DNA of 64,000 nt from Fistulifera solaris (taxonomy: Eukaryota), in the NCBI GenBank assembly GCA_030295235.1, contig AP026126.1, positions 1,550,001 through 1,614,000 of the forward strand, read 5' to 3'. A program made the position numbers and the translations under genes. This document shows, piece by piece, positions 1 to 10,566 of this stretch. The notes below the pieces were generated by a model. That model was not told the DNA's origin, ran no database searches, and saw only the letters and a program-made list of their open reading frames with translations. Numbering within the stretch: position 1 is the first letter of the stretch; every line of letters begins with the position of its first letter.

Positions 1-327
1 AGTCCGTGGGGAATGAAGAAAAATGCTGAAATCTGGAATGGGCGATTCGCTCAGGTGAGTTTGCTTCGTGCTCTAATTCAAATATAATCCGAAGTCGACC
101 GTTTAACGTTTCTTTATTCCTTCGACGATTTGTCTATTTTCTTTCAGATGGCTTTCGTTATCGTTTTCCTTCAAGAACTCGTACAGGGTAAAGGAGTATT
201 TGAGGGACTTGCCCAAGGCGACCCCGTGAACTTTGCTGTTTTGGGAATCTTTGGTTTTTCTCTAGTAGGCCTGACCGCGTGGCTGGCGATTCAAGGTGAT
301 GATGATTTCGTTGCTCGGGAAATGTAA
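1..327 (+). CDS. 3' part of an LHC-like (SEP/LIL, two-helix) chlorophyll-binding stress protein; 5' end outside window; intron 55-147
   Basis: Frame 1 reads ...KNAEIWNGRFAQ, then a GTGAGT...TTTCAG intron, then MAFVIVFLQELVQGKG. This reconstructs the LHC motif ExxNGRxAM followed by E-x-x-x-G-K-G and a second TM helix. Confidence 0.8.
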
Positions 328-1188
328 CTGGGCACGCTATATATACTTGAATCAGTTACTTAAACCATGCATTGAATATTGCTGAAGCTACTGTAACTAT
401 ACAATGCCTATCGATTAAGTACGACTAATAACTGTCACAAGTTTGAATCCGTTCAATTTCCAGCCACCCTTCCCTCCTTGCAACTTGGTATCTCCTTGTC
501 ATGAAAAGATTATCTTTTCCGTTTCATCATAGAACCTAATTTTTGAGTTTACATGCTAAGTGGGGGTTGCCGTGACGCTCTATTGCTTGTCCTTGCGTGC
601 GCTCCGTCGTCCCAATCAACAATTCTTTGTTCGGGTCGTTTGGAAAACTCAGCGGTTACTGAGATTGGTGGGCGTCACCAGAATTTTTTACTCGATCATT
701 GAACACATCCACAAAAAGATGCAGCTTGATGCTCATCATTTGCCATGCCGGAAGCACACGTTAAGCGAGATGACGACAATGCTCTGTCAAAGTGGCCATC
801 AATCCAAACTAGACTGTCATTTAGTAAAAGCTTTGAGGTTCGTTTTGTTTCTGCAATCTAGGTTTGCCAAAACTTCTGACGTGAAGCCGTGGGATCTCGA
901 CCTTCGAGCTTGATCTCGAACATTCAACTTTAAGGTTTCACTTAATCCGAAAAAGAACATTTTTACCTCCAACTCCCACTACCATTGCAAGGAACGGAAT
1001 CCGGCTTCCAAGGCGATTACTCCGTATTAGTAACGTTACCCTCAGGGCTCATCAAGGCTCTAGACTCGAGAATTAAGGCAAAAATCAGCGGGAGATACGG
1101 ACCCAGTAAATCATTTTATAGTTTAAAAACAAACTTTTCGTGTTTTGCTTTCCATACCCCTTCGTCTTTGGGCTCTAGCTAGACCTAG

Positions 1189-2121
1189 TACCAGGTAGAC
1201 AACTAGACAATCATTACCCCTGAGCCCTGAGTCATGATGAGGAGTGGTCATGAGTCATGAGTTATGAGCAATCATAGTCATAGCTGGTCTCGGGTCATCA
1301 GTCTTCAGTCATCAGTCATCATTCATCATTGCTTTTCTGCTAAGTTACCTGGTATAAGTTTTTTAATCGTCAGAATCTAATCTTGACATTCGACTGAATT
1401 TTCCATTTTTCATTCACATATATTTCAGTCTGACACTTCTCTGAGTAAGCTTTGGTTTTAACTCTCTAGCCTTAGTGCGCTAGAAGAGGGCCAGTCCAGA
1501 GCCCGTTTCCCAATGAGGGGGGTTCCGTTGCTTTTGCTATTATTTACTATTTGTGACTTGTGTGTTTTCCGTTTCGATGTTTCTTTTCGATGACAAGAGA
1601 TGACCATTGACAATTGACAATTGACAATGACTTGATGGCCTATACCAGATACCAGAAACAGAAACGGAGTACTAGGTAGCAGGTAGCGTAATGATCACTC
1701 TATATACCTGGTGCCTACAAAACAATATAAAGTAGTTATTCTTAGTACTTTGTAAATTGGACATTGGACACAGGACAAAGTAGTTAATTGTTAATTCGAT
1801 CTGGGGCAAAGGCCCAAGCGGAAACATTGGTCATTACTACTCCTCTTTATTATGGTAGTGTACCGCGGAGGAAGGAGAATTTATTATTATTTATTGTTAT
1901 TTACCAGGTAATACTTATTACAATTACTAATTACTTATTTCCAGGTACCCAACGAGAATATCGAAACGCGAAACGGGAAAGCAAGGCGAGAGAGGAACGA
2001 ATAACGACGAACGACGCCTCTCATTCTCTCATTACCAGGTACCTAGCAACTACAAGTAACAACGAAACGCACAAAACCCTGTTCTATGCTTGAGCTCGTT
2101 GGTCTTCGTTCTTCGGTCTTT
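1189..2121. repeat. Intergenic cluster of short tandem duplications, mostly 7-bp period, with TACCWGGTA palindromes
   Basis: CCCTGAG x2 (1218), GTCATGA x2-3 (1247), GTCATCA-like x5 (1294), TGACAAT x3-4 (1601), TACCAGA x2 (1643), AGGTAGC x2 (1674), ATTGGAC x2 (1756), AATTACT x2 (1922), AACGACG x2 (2003). Confidence 0.75.
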
Positions 2122-2391
2122 GGGCTGCTTTATGCTTTTTTTGATGCGGCGATGTTGATGTTGAACATAAGCGGTGAAACTGTGACTTATCCATGGTCAC
2201 TGGAAACTTTAACGAGGAGTCCTTCCTTGCTTGTCACTTTTGTAATGTTTTTCTCGGTGTTGTATTCTTCACTCGTCCCTGATCGTACTTCAAAAAAGAA
2301 AAAAACAAGCAAAGCTACGAAACATTCTTTCATAATTGCAGATGTGCTCTCACTTTCATGCACCTCTTAGCTTCAAATTGACTAAAGCAAG

Positions 2392-3537
2392 ATGAGCGTA
2401 GTAGACACGACTCATGTTCAAATGTGGCCACGCAACATCGCGCATCATGTGGCGGAATGTATTTTCCGAGATGTTCAAGATATTGTTCGAAGAAGTCGTT
2501 TGAATCGAAATCTGACAGCTTTGATTGAACATCGTGAGTTGACACATATCAGAAATTTAGGGCAAGGTGCATTCTCTCATGTGAGGCTCGTATATTACCA
2601 AGGCCGAGCTTTTGCGATGAAGCACTTACGCCAAGACTTATTGAACAGACCATCCGAGTTCCGACAAGCAGCAAGTGAACTAGCCGTCGAAGGACACATG
2701 CTCGCATCTCTGTCCCACCCTAATCTGATCAAACTTCACGGATGGGCAGCTAATGGTGTCGCTTCATTCGCCAAGGGGTACCACGATAGTTTTTTCCTCC
2801 TTTTGGACCCCCTCGAAGAGACTTTGGAGGACCGTATTGAAACATGGAAACAAATCCGTCAATTTGGCACTGCTGTGCAACGTCAGGAGATGTATACACA
2901 ACAACTACGGGCCTGTGAGCAGATAGCATCGGTCTTGTGCTATTTGCATGAAAATGATATCATTTACCGTGATTTGAAACCGAGCAACTTGGGATTTTGT
3001 CGAAAAGAAATCAAGCTTTATGACCTTGGACTGAGTCGTGAGCTTCCCTATCCAGATACGCGCCAATCATTTCAAATGTCGGGAAGAGTCGGAACTCAAC
3101 GGTATATGGCTCCGGAAGTTGCGTGTCACGAAGCTTACAACGTTTCCGCAGATGTTTATTCATGGGCCATGGTTTGTTACGAGATTCTTACTTTAGAGAG
3201 ACCCTACGACCGCTTCAGCCGCGAAATGCACGACACTCTTGTGTGCAAACAGGGTGTTCGGCCCGACTGGCCGCCTATGAGTCCAGAGTATTGGTATTTA
3301 CAGAATATCATCACCTCTGCCTGGAATCAGACACCTTGCCTTCGTCCTTGTCTGGCAAATATCTGCCACCATCTGTCACAAGAGCATGATCGCGCTTATT
3401 TGCAATTGCGGGCGGAGAGCAAAACAATCATCTCTCTCGACGAATTCTCATATCGTAAAGCTCCAATAAGAAGCGTTTCAGAATCCACAGACATATCATT
3501 AATGTCAACAGAGACCGGGTTGTATCGTGTCTTTTAG
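2392..3537 (+). CDS. Ser/Thr (TKL-like) protein kinase, diatom-expanded type
   Basis: LGQGAFSHV glycine loop, AMK lysine, YRDLKPSN catalytic loop, DLG (DFG variant), GTQRYMAPE, DVYSW. Confidence 0.92.
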   Translation: MSVVDTTHVQMWPRNIAHHVAECIFRDVQDIVRRSRLNRNLTALIEHRELTHIRNLGQGAFSHVRLVYYQGRAFAMKHLRQDLLNRPSEFRQAASELAVEGHMLASLSHPNLIKLHGWAANGVASFAKGYHDSFFLLLDPLEETLEDRIETWKQIRQFGTAVQRQEMYTQQLRACEQIASVLCYLHENDIIYRDLKPSNLGFCRKEIKLYDLGLSRELPYPDTRQSFQMSGRVGTQRYMAPEVACHEAYNVSADVYSWAMVCYEILTLERPYDRFSREMHDTLVCKQGVRPDWPPMSPEYWYLQNIITSAWNQTPCLRPCLANICHHLSQEHDRAYLQLRAESKTIISLDEFSYRKAPIRSVSESTDISLMSTETGLYRVF

Positions 3538-3939
3538 ATGGGATTGCAGGCCGTTTCGTATTGCTAATCTGTAGATACGTATTTCAAAGACAACATTTTT
3601 AAAATAATAATCGAACGATCTTTTCATAAGATACCACTTGAGAAAATTCTGTTAACTGAATTGCTAATTATTATTATCGCATTTTACATGTTGCTTTTCT
3701 AGAGTAGTCGTATTTTTGACGGCGCCTTAGCTAGGGAGAGTCTCACAAAATCATCCAGACCTAGCCCCACCGTTCGGTATCCAAACAAATGGAACACTGT
3801 GCACAGTGCGACACATCCAAATCGACAACAAACGGCACCTCACCGTTGCACGAAACAAACAACAACAACCTACTATCACTATTCATTATCCTATTATAGT
3901 ATCGGTCGTATTTATTTCATCTTTATTTATTCACCGGAA

Positions 3940-4553
3940 ATGGTTTCTCACTCGCTAGCTGCCGCGAAACGTTTGCGCAAAGAGCTGCAAGTCTTGCAAA
4001 AGTCTCCTGACGACGCCGACATTCTGCTAGAACATAATCCTGACAATTTACTGCAATGGAAAGCATGGATTCGCGGACCTGTAGAAACTCCCTATGAAGG
4101 AGGGGATTTTGAACTAGACATTCGTTGCGGAACCGATTACCCTCTCGCTCCCCCCTTCTATCAAATTCGTAACGAAAGTGAGTGTGGTCATCGAACACGG
4201 ATTTTTTTGTTATATCTTTCGTCCTTGTCTTGATGCTGACGTTTTTTTCTTTCTAACAATTCCGGTAATACCAGATTTTTCATCCTAACGTTCATTTTCG
4301 GACCGGTGATATTTGTCTCGATATTTTAAAGAAAGAATGGAGTCCTGCTTGGGGCTTGCAAGCAGCATGTCGCGCCGTTTTGGCTCTGCTGAGCGATCCA
4401 GACCCGGATCGTCCTCTGAACTGCGATGCTGGGAATATGCTGCGTGGAAATGCTGATGTAATGGCTTATGAGGATACAGCCGCTTTTTATACGGTCGAGA
4501 ATGCTCAGTTTCTGTCGTGGCCAGTGAAAGCAGAATCGAAGAAAAAGTCATGA
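3940..4553 (+). CDS. PEX4: Peroxisomal ubiquitin-conjugating enzyme E2 (PEX4); intron 4178-4274; apparent 1-bp indel in C-run 4150-4155
   Basis: KRLRKEL...GPVETPYEGG...YPLAPP[S]IKFVTK joined to IFHPNVHFRTGDICLDILKKEWSPAWGLQAACRAVLALLSDPDPDRPLNCDAGNMLR. The HPNVHF, WSPAW and PLNCDxGN motifs are typical of the PEX4 subfamily. Confidence 0.85.
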
Positions 4554-5437
4554 TTCGACGCGTGTACTTAAATTTCAGGACACTTGTTTTAGTATATTCA
4601 ATGCACATCGCGGGAACCCCGGCTTTGTTTGATATGAGCAATATCAAGTATCATGAATTGAATCATTCTATCTTCAATGAATTGAGCTCTTAGTAATTTG
4701 TCGTCATGATGAATTATCCTTTATTGTTGATTGCGAGCAGTCGCAGCTGTTATTGTTCAAAGGTCTTTGAAACATGCAATACTATGATTATCCTGATTTT
4801 ATTTGTTTCTCCATTGTGTTAGTAGTAGTTCGAAGAACAAACAGACGTGTGACAGGGTGCTGAAGACAATATAATCCGACTATTTCTCTATCGTCTCAGA
4901 CTAATTCGTGAATATAATAATTCACGATGTGTTCTTTCCCTTCTCATCGTATCTGTATGGTTGTCATTGAAACATGTCTTGGTGATTTTTTTTCGAAAAT
5001 TGTCGGGATGGATGAAAAAGTGAGACAAGCCAGCTGAGTCGAGTCGTCGAGTCGCAGAGTGTGAGTCCCATGTCGGACGTCGGACGTCCACGTCTGAACG
5101 AAAGGTGCGCACTTTCCCCTGTTCCAACGGACATGGAGACAGGTACAAAGAGTAAGCAACCCTCTCTCGCGAAAAGGCATCCGTGGCAAAGACAAGCGAA
5201 AAAATCCACGCAAAAGTGACGTTGCACTCTTGTGAGCCACCAAATTTTAGTACGCCGGTAAAGAAATAGGTTATGAGCTATTTAGCTCTGCAGGCATCCA
5301 TCCATTTCGTCGCGGTTCGTTGAGCGTCGACTTGCGTCGTCGCGTATGCATCGCGTTGAATCTACGATTCCGCGCTATTTTGGCGGCTCCGCAATCGTTT
5401 CATAGTTTCGTTCAAGAACCAAACGTTAGATTTCACC

Positions 5438-6795
5438 ATGTCGAAAGAACACTTGTCAGTAGTTGTTTGCGGTCACGTCGATGCCGGAAAGTCGACCACT
5501 TGCGGTCACTTGATTTTCAAGTGCGGAGGTATCCCGGAGCGTGAGATGAAGAAGCTCCAGGACCTCGCTGAAGAGAAGGGAAAGGCCTCCTTCGGTTTCG
5601 CTTACTACCTTGATACATGCAAGGAGGAACGTGAGCGTGGTGTCACCATTCAGTGCAACACCAAGGAGTTTTTCACTGAGAAGTACCACTACACCATTGT
5701 CGATGCCCCCGGTCACAAGGATTACATCAAGAACATGATCACCGGTTCCGCCACCGCTGATGTCGGTTTGTTGCTCGTCCCCGCCGAGAAGGGTGGTTTC
5801 GAGGCTGCCATTGCTAAGGCTGACCCCAAGATGGGTGTTGAGGAAGGACAGACTCGTCAGCATGCCCGTCTTCTCTACCTCCTCGGTGTTGACCAACTCA
5901 TCGTTGGTATCAACAAGATGGACTCGTGCAACTGGTCCGAGGAACGTTTCAACGAAATTAAGGAGGAGTTCATTAAGATGCTTCAGCTCATTGGTTTCAA
6001 GCCCAAGAAGGTCCCCTTCATCCCTTACTCTGGATTCAACGGAGACAACTTGGTTGCCAAGTCCGATAAGTGCCCCTGGTACAAGGGATGGGAAGCCAAC
6101 CGATCCCCCAAGGAAAAGATCACTGGTTTCACCCTTGTTGAGTGCTTGGACAACTTCATCGTCCCCCCTCAGCGATTCCCTGACCTTCCGGTCCGTCTCC
6201 CCATTTCCAACATCTACAACATTAAGGGTGTTGGTCAGATCATCTGCGGTACCGTCGAACAGGGAACTCTCAAGCCCGGTGATATTGTTGGTATCGTCCC
6301 CTCGGGTCTCAAGGGAAAGAAGATCTTCTCCATCGAACAGCACCGTAAGACCCTCGAATCCGCTGGACCCGGTAACTCCGTTGGTCTATCCATCAAGGGT
6401 ATTGCCAAGGATGAGAAGGTCAACCCAGGTGACATTATCTACGTCGAGAAGGAGGGTGAACTCAAGCCCGTCAAGACCTTCTGTGCACTTGTTGCCGTTC
6501 AGGAGCACCCTGGTGTCCTCAAGCCCGGTTACGCCCCCGTTGTCTTTTGCCGTACCGCCAAGGTTGCGTGCAAGATGACCAAGATCTTGTGGAAGCAGTC
6601 CAAGAAGACCGGTGGAACCAAGGTCGACAACCCCCGGATCTTTCCCAGTTCGAGTCCGCCGAGGTTGAATTCGAGCCCACTGCTCCTCTTTTCGTTGAGC
6701 CTTTCGAGACATGCGCGGCTCTCGGACGTATTGCTGTGATGGATTCCAACCGACTGAAGATGCTTGGAAAGGTCACCAGTGTGTCCAACGCATAA
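5438..6795 (+). CDS. EFL: Elongation factor-like GTPase (EFL); apparent 1-bp deletion in C-run 6631-6635, true C-terminus in the 6547-6795 frame
   Basis: [42 protein letters not shown]-type insertion [26 protein letters not shown]-terminus [18 protein letters not shown]. Strong C/T-ending codon bias as in highly expressed genes. Confidence 0.9.
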
Positions 6796-6947
6796 TAATA
6801 GGTTACAATGAAAAAGCTGAATACTAAGAATCTTGTGTATCCTATTCATTTTGAAGTGAATGTCAGTAGTCCTATTAGCATGTCACAAATCGACAACGAT
6901 TATGCGCACTTAGTTTAATATAAACATTAACAAAGCAACAACATACT

Positions 6948-8283
6948 TTAACCCCAGCTTTCGTTAGTCATTGCCGTCGAGCTAGTGCAGCTCGACGACG
7001 TCCGACTAGGAGCTTGTCGACCCGCTCGATCATGTTGTGATGCCCTCTGTTGAAACTGGTTGCTTTTCATGAGCTCCAGAACCAGCTGCATTTGCTGATG
7101 TTCAAGAATTTGCACATCATGACGCACCGCTGCGATGGATGGCCTCATGTGTGGCATCTGATGCCACGCCTGTTGTAAAATGGCTTGAAAGGGAGTAGCC
7201 ACGAAGCCGCCATGGTGATTCAATGGAGGCCGTGCCCCCATTCCACAGACCATTTGAGAATGCATGTCACGGGTCCAGCCCGAAAAAGGCTTAGTGAGTG
7301 CCATTATCTCGTAAGCCACCATGGCCCAGGAATATACATCCGCAGCGACATTGTAAGGCTGGAGACAAGCGACTTCGACGGCCATATATCGGAGAGTACC
7401 GATTTTACCAGACATGAGGAAAGGTTCATCGAGTGATGGAGTAGGAAGTTCCCGGCTCAGACCAAAATCGAAAAGTTGAACACGGTTGTTCAAAAAGCCA
7501 ATGTTGCTTGCTGAACGAGAGAGATTTGCGGTGAGTTTCATTTGATAGTTCAAGAAAAGACGTTCGTTTTGTAAAAAAAACTTACGTTTGAGATCACGAT
7601 ATATTACGCGGTGTTCGTGAAGATAGGCAAGGGCAGACGCGATCTCCCCCACAAATGCGTAGCTTTTCCAGATACATTTCTTCTTGGTGTTTGATGTGAA
7701 ACAAGTGAATTTCTGTTGCCATTTGATCCAAAGGACTGTTATAACCCGGATTGATCCGCCTCCAGAAGTCTAGGATGCCATATTGCAGCGGTCGGGAGAC
7801 GGCTTGATTGATGGTACGACTTTGCGTTTCCCACTTTTCCAGCCGTTGCTCTAGAGTCTCATCTAAACAATCCAAGAGCAAGAAGAAACTGTCGTTTCGA
7901 CCTTGAGCAAAAGAATGAACGCCGCTGACTGCCCAGCCTCTAATTGTGATGATATTTGGGTGATCAAACGCTGCTAGCATATGCGCTTCCAAGGCAAGTT
8001 CACCAGCGGCAAGACGAAAGTTTTCTGGTTGATCCAATAACTCTCGCTTGAGATATTTGATCGCTACTCTGCGTCCTCCACCCAATTGCACTTCGTGTAC
8101 TTCGGAGAAGGAACCGGCTCCTAGTAATTTACCTATTTGGATGTCTTTTTTTTCAACGAGAGCGATGCAATTGTTTTTGCGAGCCAGTCGACTGGTGCGG
8201 ATCATGGCCTCGACATCGGCGCGAATGCTTTCCGAGACTCTTCGTGTGATTTGTTTTGGCCAAGGCGGCTCCATGGTGCTCAT
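6948..8283 (-). CDS. Ser/Thr (TKL-like) kinase, paralog of 2392-3537; intron 7511-7585; apparent indel at C-run 7646-7650
   Basis: LGAGSFSEV, VAIK, YRDLK|PSNIG (rebuilt across a GTAAG...TTCAG intron), DFGLSREL, GTLRYMAVE. Shares WP...DV..I.R.SRL, ELAxExHMLA and DSFFLLLD blocks with the first kinase. Confidence 0.88.
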
Positions 8284-8924
8284 TTAGAACTTTTGTCCAA
8301 GCGGATCAAAGATGATGCGACGATTGTTTGCAGCAACAAATAGTAGATAATAAAGGCTCTCATGGTCTCGCATCATTTATTTTTTTCATTATTTTGTGGT
8401 TTCATGATTACATTTTCGAACTATGCGACCAAAAGTACAAGGGGGAGGAACTTTTCGCACACCAAGGAGTCATAAGGAACACTACTGTACTGTTGAACCG
8501 GGACACAAAAGAGAGAGGCATAAACAAAACGCTCAGGGCCATTGTGACCTCAATTGCGCAGTACTGAGCTCATGTTTGGCAGTCTTGCACCTACATCGGC
8601 TTTTATGCGAACTCCAGCCATGCTAAACATCAAAAGCACGCCTTGTGGAATGATCAGTTTCGATTCAATAACTGATCAAGTCAACATTTCAAAAGTGGTG
8701 TGGTTCCGCTTTCAACGTCGTGTAATCGCTTAAGGATTTTGGGACTTGTGGTTGGTCCATTTGATTTGGAAGTTGTTCGCCTTTCTCATAAACTTAATGA
8801 CTTTTGGAACGCCGTGTGGCTTATTAGTGAAACCAATCATAGATCGTTTGATTTTTAGAATGGTTTACTACTATGGCAGCATTTGAAACCAGCACTTATC
8901 AAGAGCAATGCTGTTTCTTACGCA

Positions 8925-9762
8925 CTAATCCGCAACAGTGCGAGAAGTCTGATACAAGCTTACCATTGCTTCAACCCACATTAGTCCATTTACAGCCTTC
9001 GACGGAAGCCAGGGCTTGGTGTCCCAGTTAGGAAGAGACCAGTGGATCGCTGGGAGCAAAAACAGAGCATTTCGGAGAAGTTGTAATCGAAGGTGGGTTT
9101 TCTTTTTTCCGTTTTCTCTTCACTTTGAAGGACCGAGCATTGGGCTGCATCGGCAAGAATGTAAAGCAACCAGAAGCGGCAGCTGATGGCAGAAAATTTT
9201 GATGCTTTTTGAGAAACATCGGGTGTCTGCATACGCGTTGGAAGCATCCAAAGAACATAAGCTACCATTTCGAGAGGATAATACCCGATCATACTCCACG
9301 AAAGGCAGCGTCCCATCCACGTCGTAAATTTTGGCCGGCTCAACGAAACACTAGTCCAGCTTCCAGTTATTGCGGCTTCTACAGCCGTTGGCAGTTCTAA
9401 CAAACGCGTCGCGTAACGGGCAAAGCTCAATTCTGTCGAAAGTTTGGACAATGCTGCCGATGCTGTTGCTTTCTTCGCATCGAGTGCTACAGTAGAGGCC
9501 AACCACAGAGTCCACTGAAGTGCTTTGAGGAGTCTATCCTGATGGAAAGGCGACGTCTGCAAAAACCGCACATAGAACTTTAGCCACCGCAGGAGGACAT
9601 CCTTGTATTTCTGAAGTACCGTCGGTATCGTAAGCAATGTAGGGGCTGCTTTTCTTTTGACTGCGGATCGTCGTCTTCGTCGCTTGACGCAGCAATCAAC
9701 AACGGGTCGGTGGAAGAATCATCGTCAACGACGGTGTCCTTCTTTGTGTCCCCATCACCCAT
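8925..9762 (-). CDS. PEX11: Peroxisomal membrane protein, PEX11 family; split by about two apparent indels
   Basis: QDRLLKALQW, LS..LSFARYATRL, YYPLEMVAY, KFSAISCRFW and, in the shifted frame, LPAIHWSLP are PEX11 (gamma-like) motifs. Stop TAG at 8925-8927. Confidence 0.7.
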
Positions 9763-10566
9763 ACTACGTTTGTGCATCTTTGACCGTCTTCTGTGAAATC
9801 AAATGCATATCATTAGTCGGTGGTTTGACATTGAAAGTCCAGTCGACATGAATATGATGCTCGGTCCAGAAAAGAAATGAGAAGCGCGTCGATGACACCT
9901 CGTCCTCGGTCGTCTGCCCTCGGACAATTTGTCTCGTGACCGAATTATCTAGTCATGAGTCGTCGTAATAGAAATTCACACATTGACACAATAAAGATAA
10001 AAAATAACGCGATAGAAAACATTGGTAAGTCTTCTCGAACCGCTGCTAGCAATCATCAATTTAACGAGATCATCAGCAAAGTAACAATCGGTTGGTCAGG
10101 CATGGATGCAGAAGCAGAATAACGCTTCATTGAAAAATGATGAGTTCGGTCAATTATTTCCGGGACTGGATTTCAATTGAGGAGGAGTGTCGCCTACACT
10201 TCTGAAGATAGTGAAACCTCACCGTGTCACACTGTCCTATGTACCAGTACCTTGAAACTTGAAACGCTTGAGTGGCCATCTGAGTATCATTATCATGCCG
10301 ACTGTGTTGTAAATAGCTTTCGCCGTTCGTCGCGTACGGTACTCATATTTAGACCAATTTTTGATTATTTAGACGATTTGTCGAGTACCTGAGGTCATAG
10401 TTGATTGTAGTGCGTCTTGACCAAGACCGTGTATCTCACATCTTCCATCCTACCGGCGTTCTGCACGAAAAAAAAGAGGGGAAACGTCCTTTTACAAGGC
10501 AAACGCTTCTCTCTTGCGCCCTGCAACCAGACAAAGAATCTATAAATACTTCATGGAAAGAGGAAT

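Noticed and set aside
1189..2121. CRISPR array or telomeric repeat
   Set aside because: Repeat units differ from one another, there is no constant repeat with spacers, no cas genes and no TTAGGG-type array; the context is eukaryotic.
330..2390. Centromere candidate (diatom centromeres are short low-GC tracts) and small ORFs 560-913, 985-1182, 1788-2093, 2086-2370
   Set aside because: A spot count over 1321-1620 gave about 38% GC, only modestly low, so there is no support without ChIP or a genome-wide GC scan. The ORFs mostly lack ATG starts and any domain signal.
5456..6578. Long alternative-frame and antisense ORFs over EFL (295 aa minus strand, 272 aa shifted frame)
   Set aside because: Expected by-product of strong C/T-ending codon bias in a highly expressed gene; no protein-like motifs.
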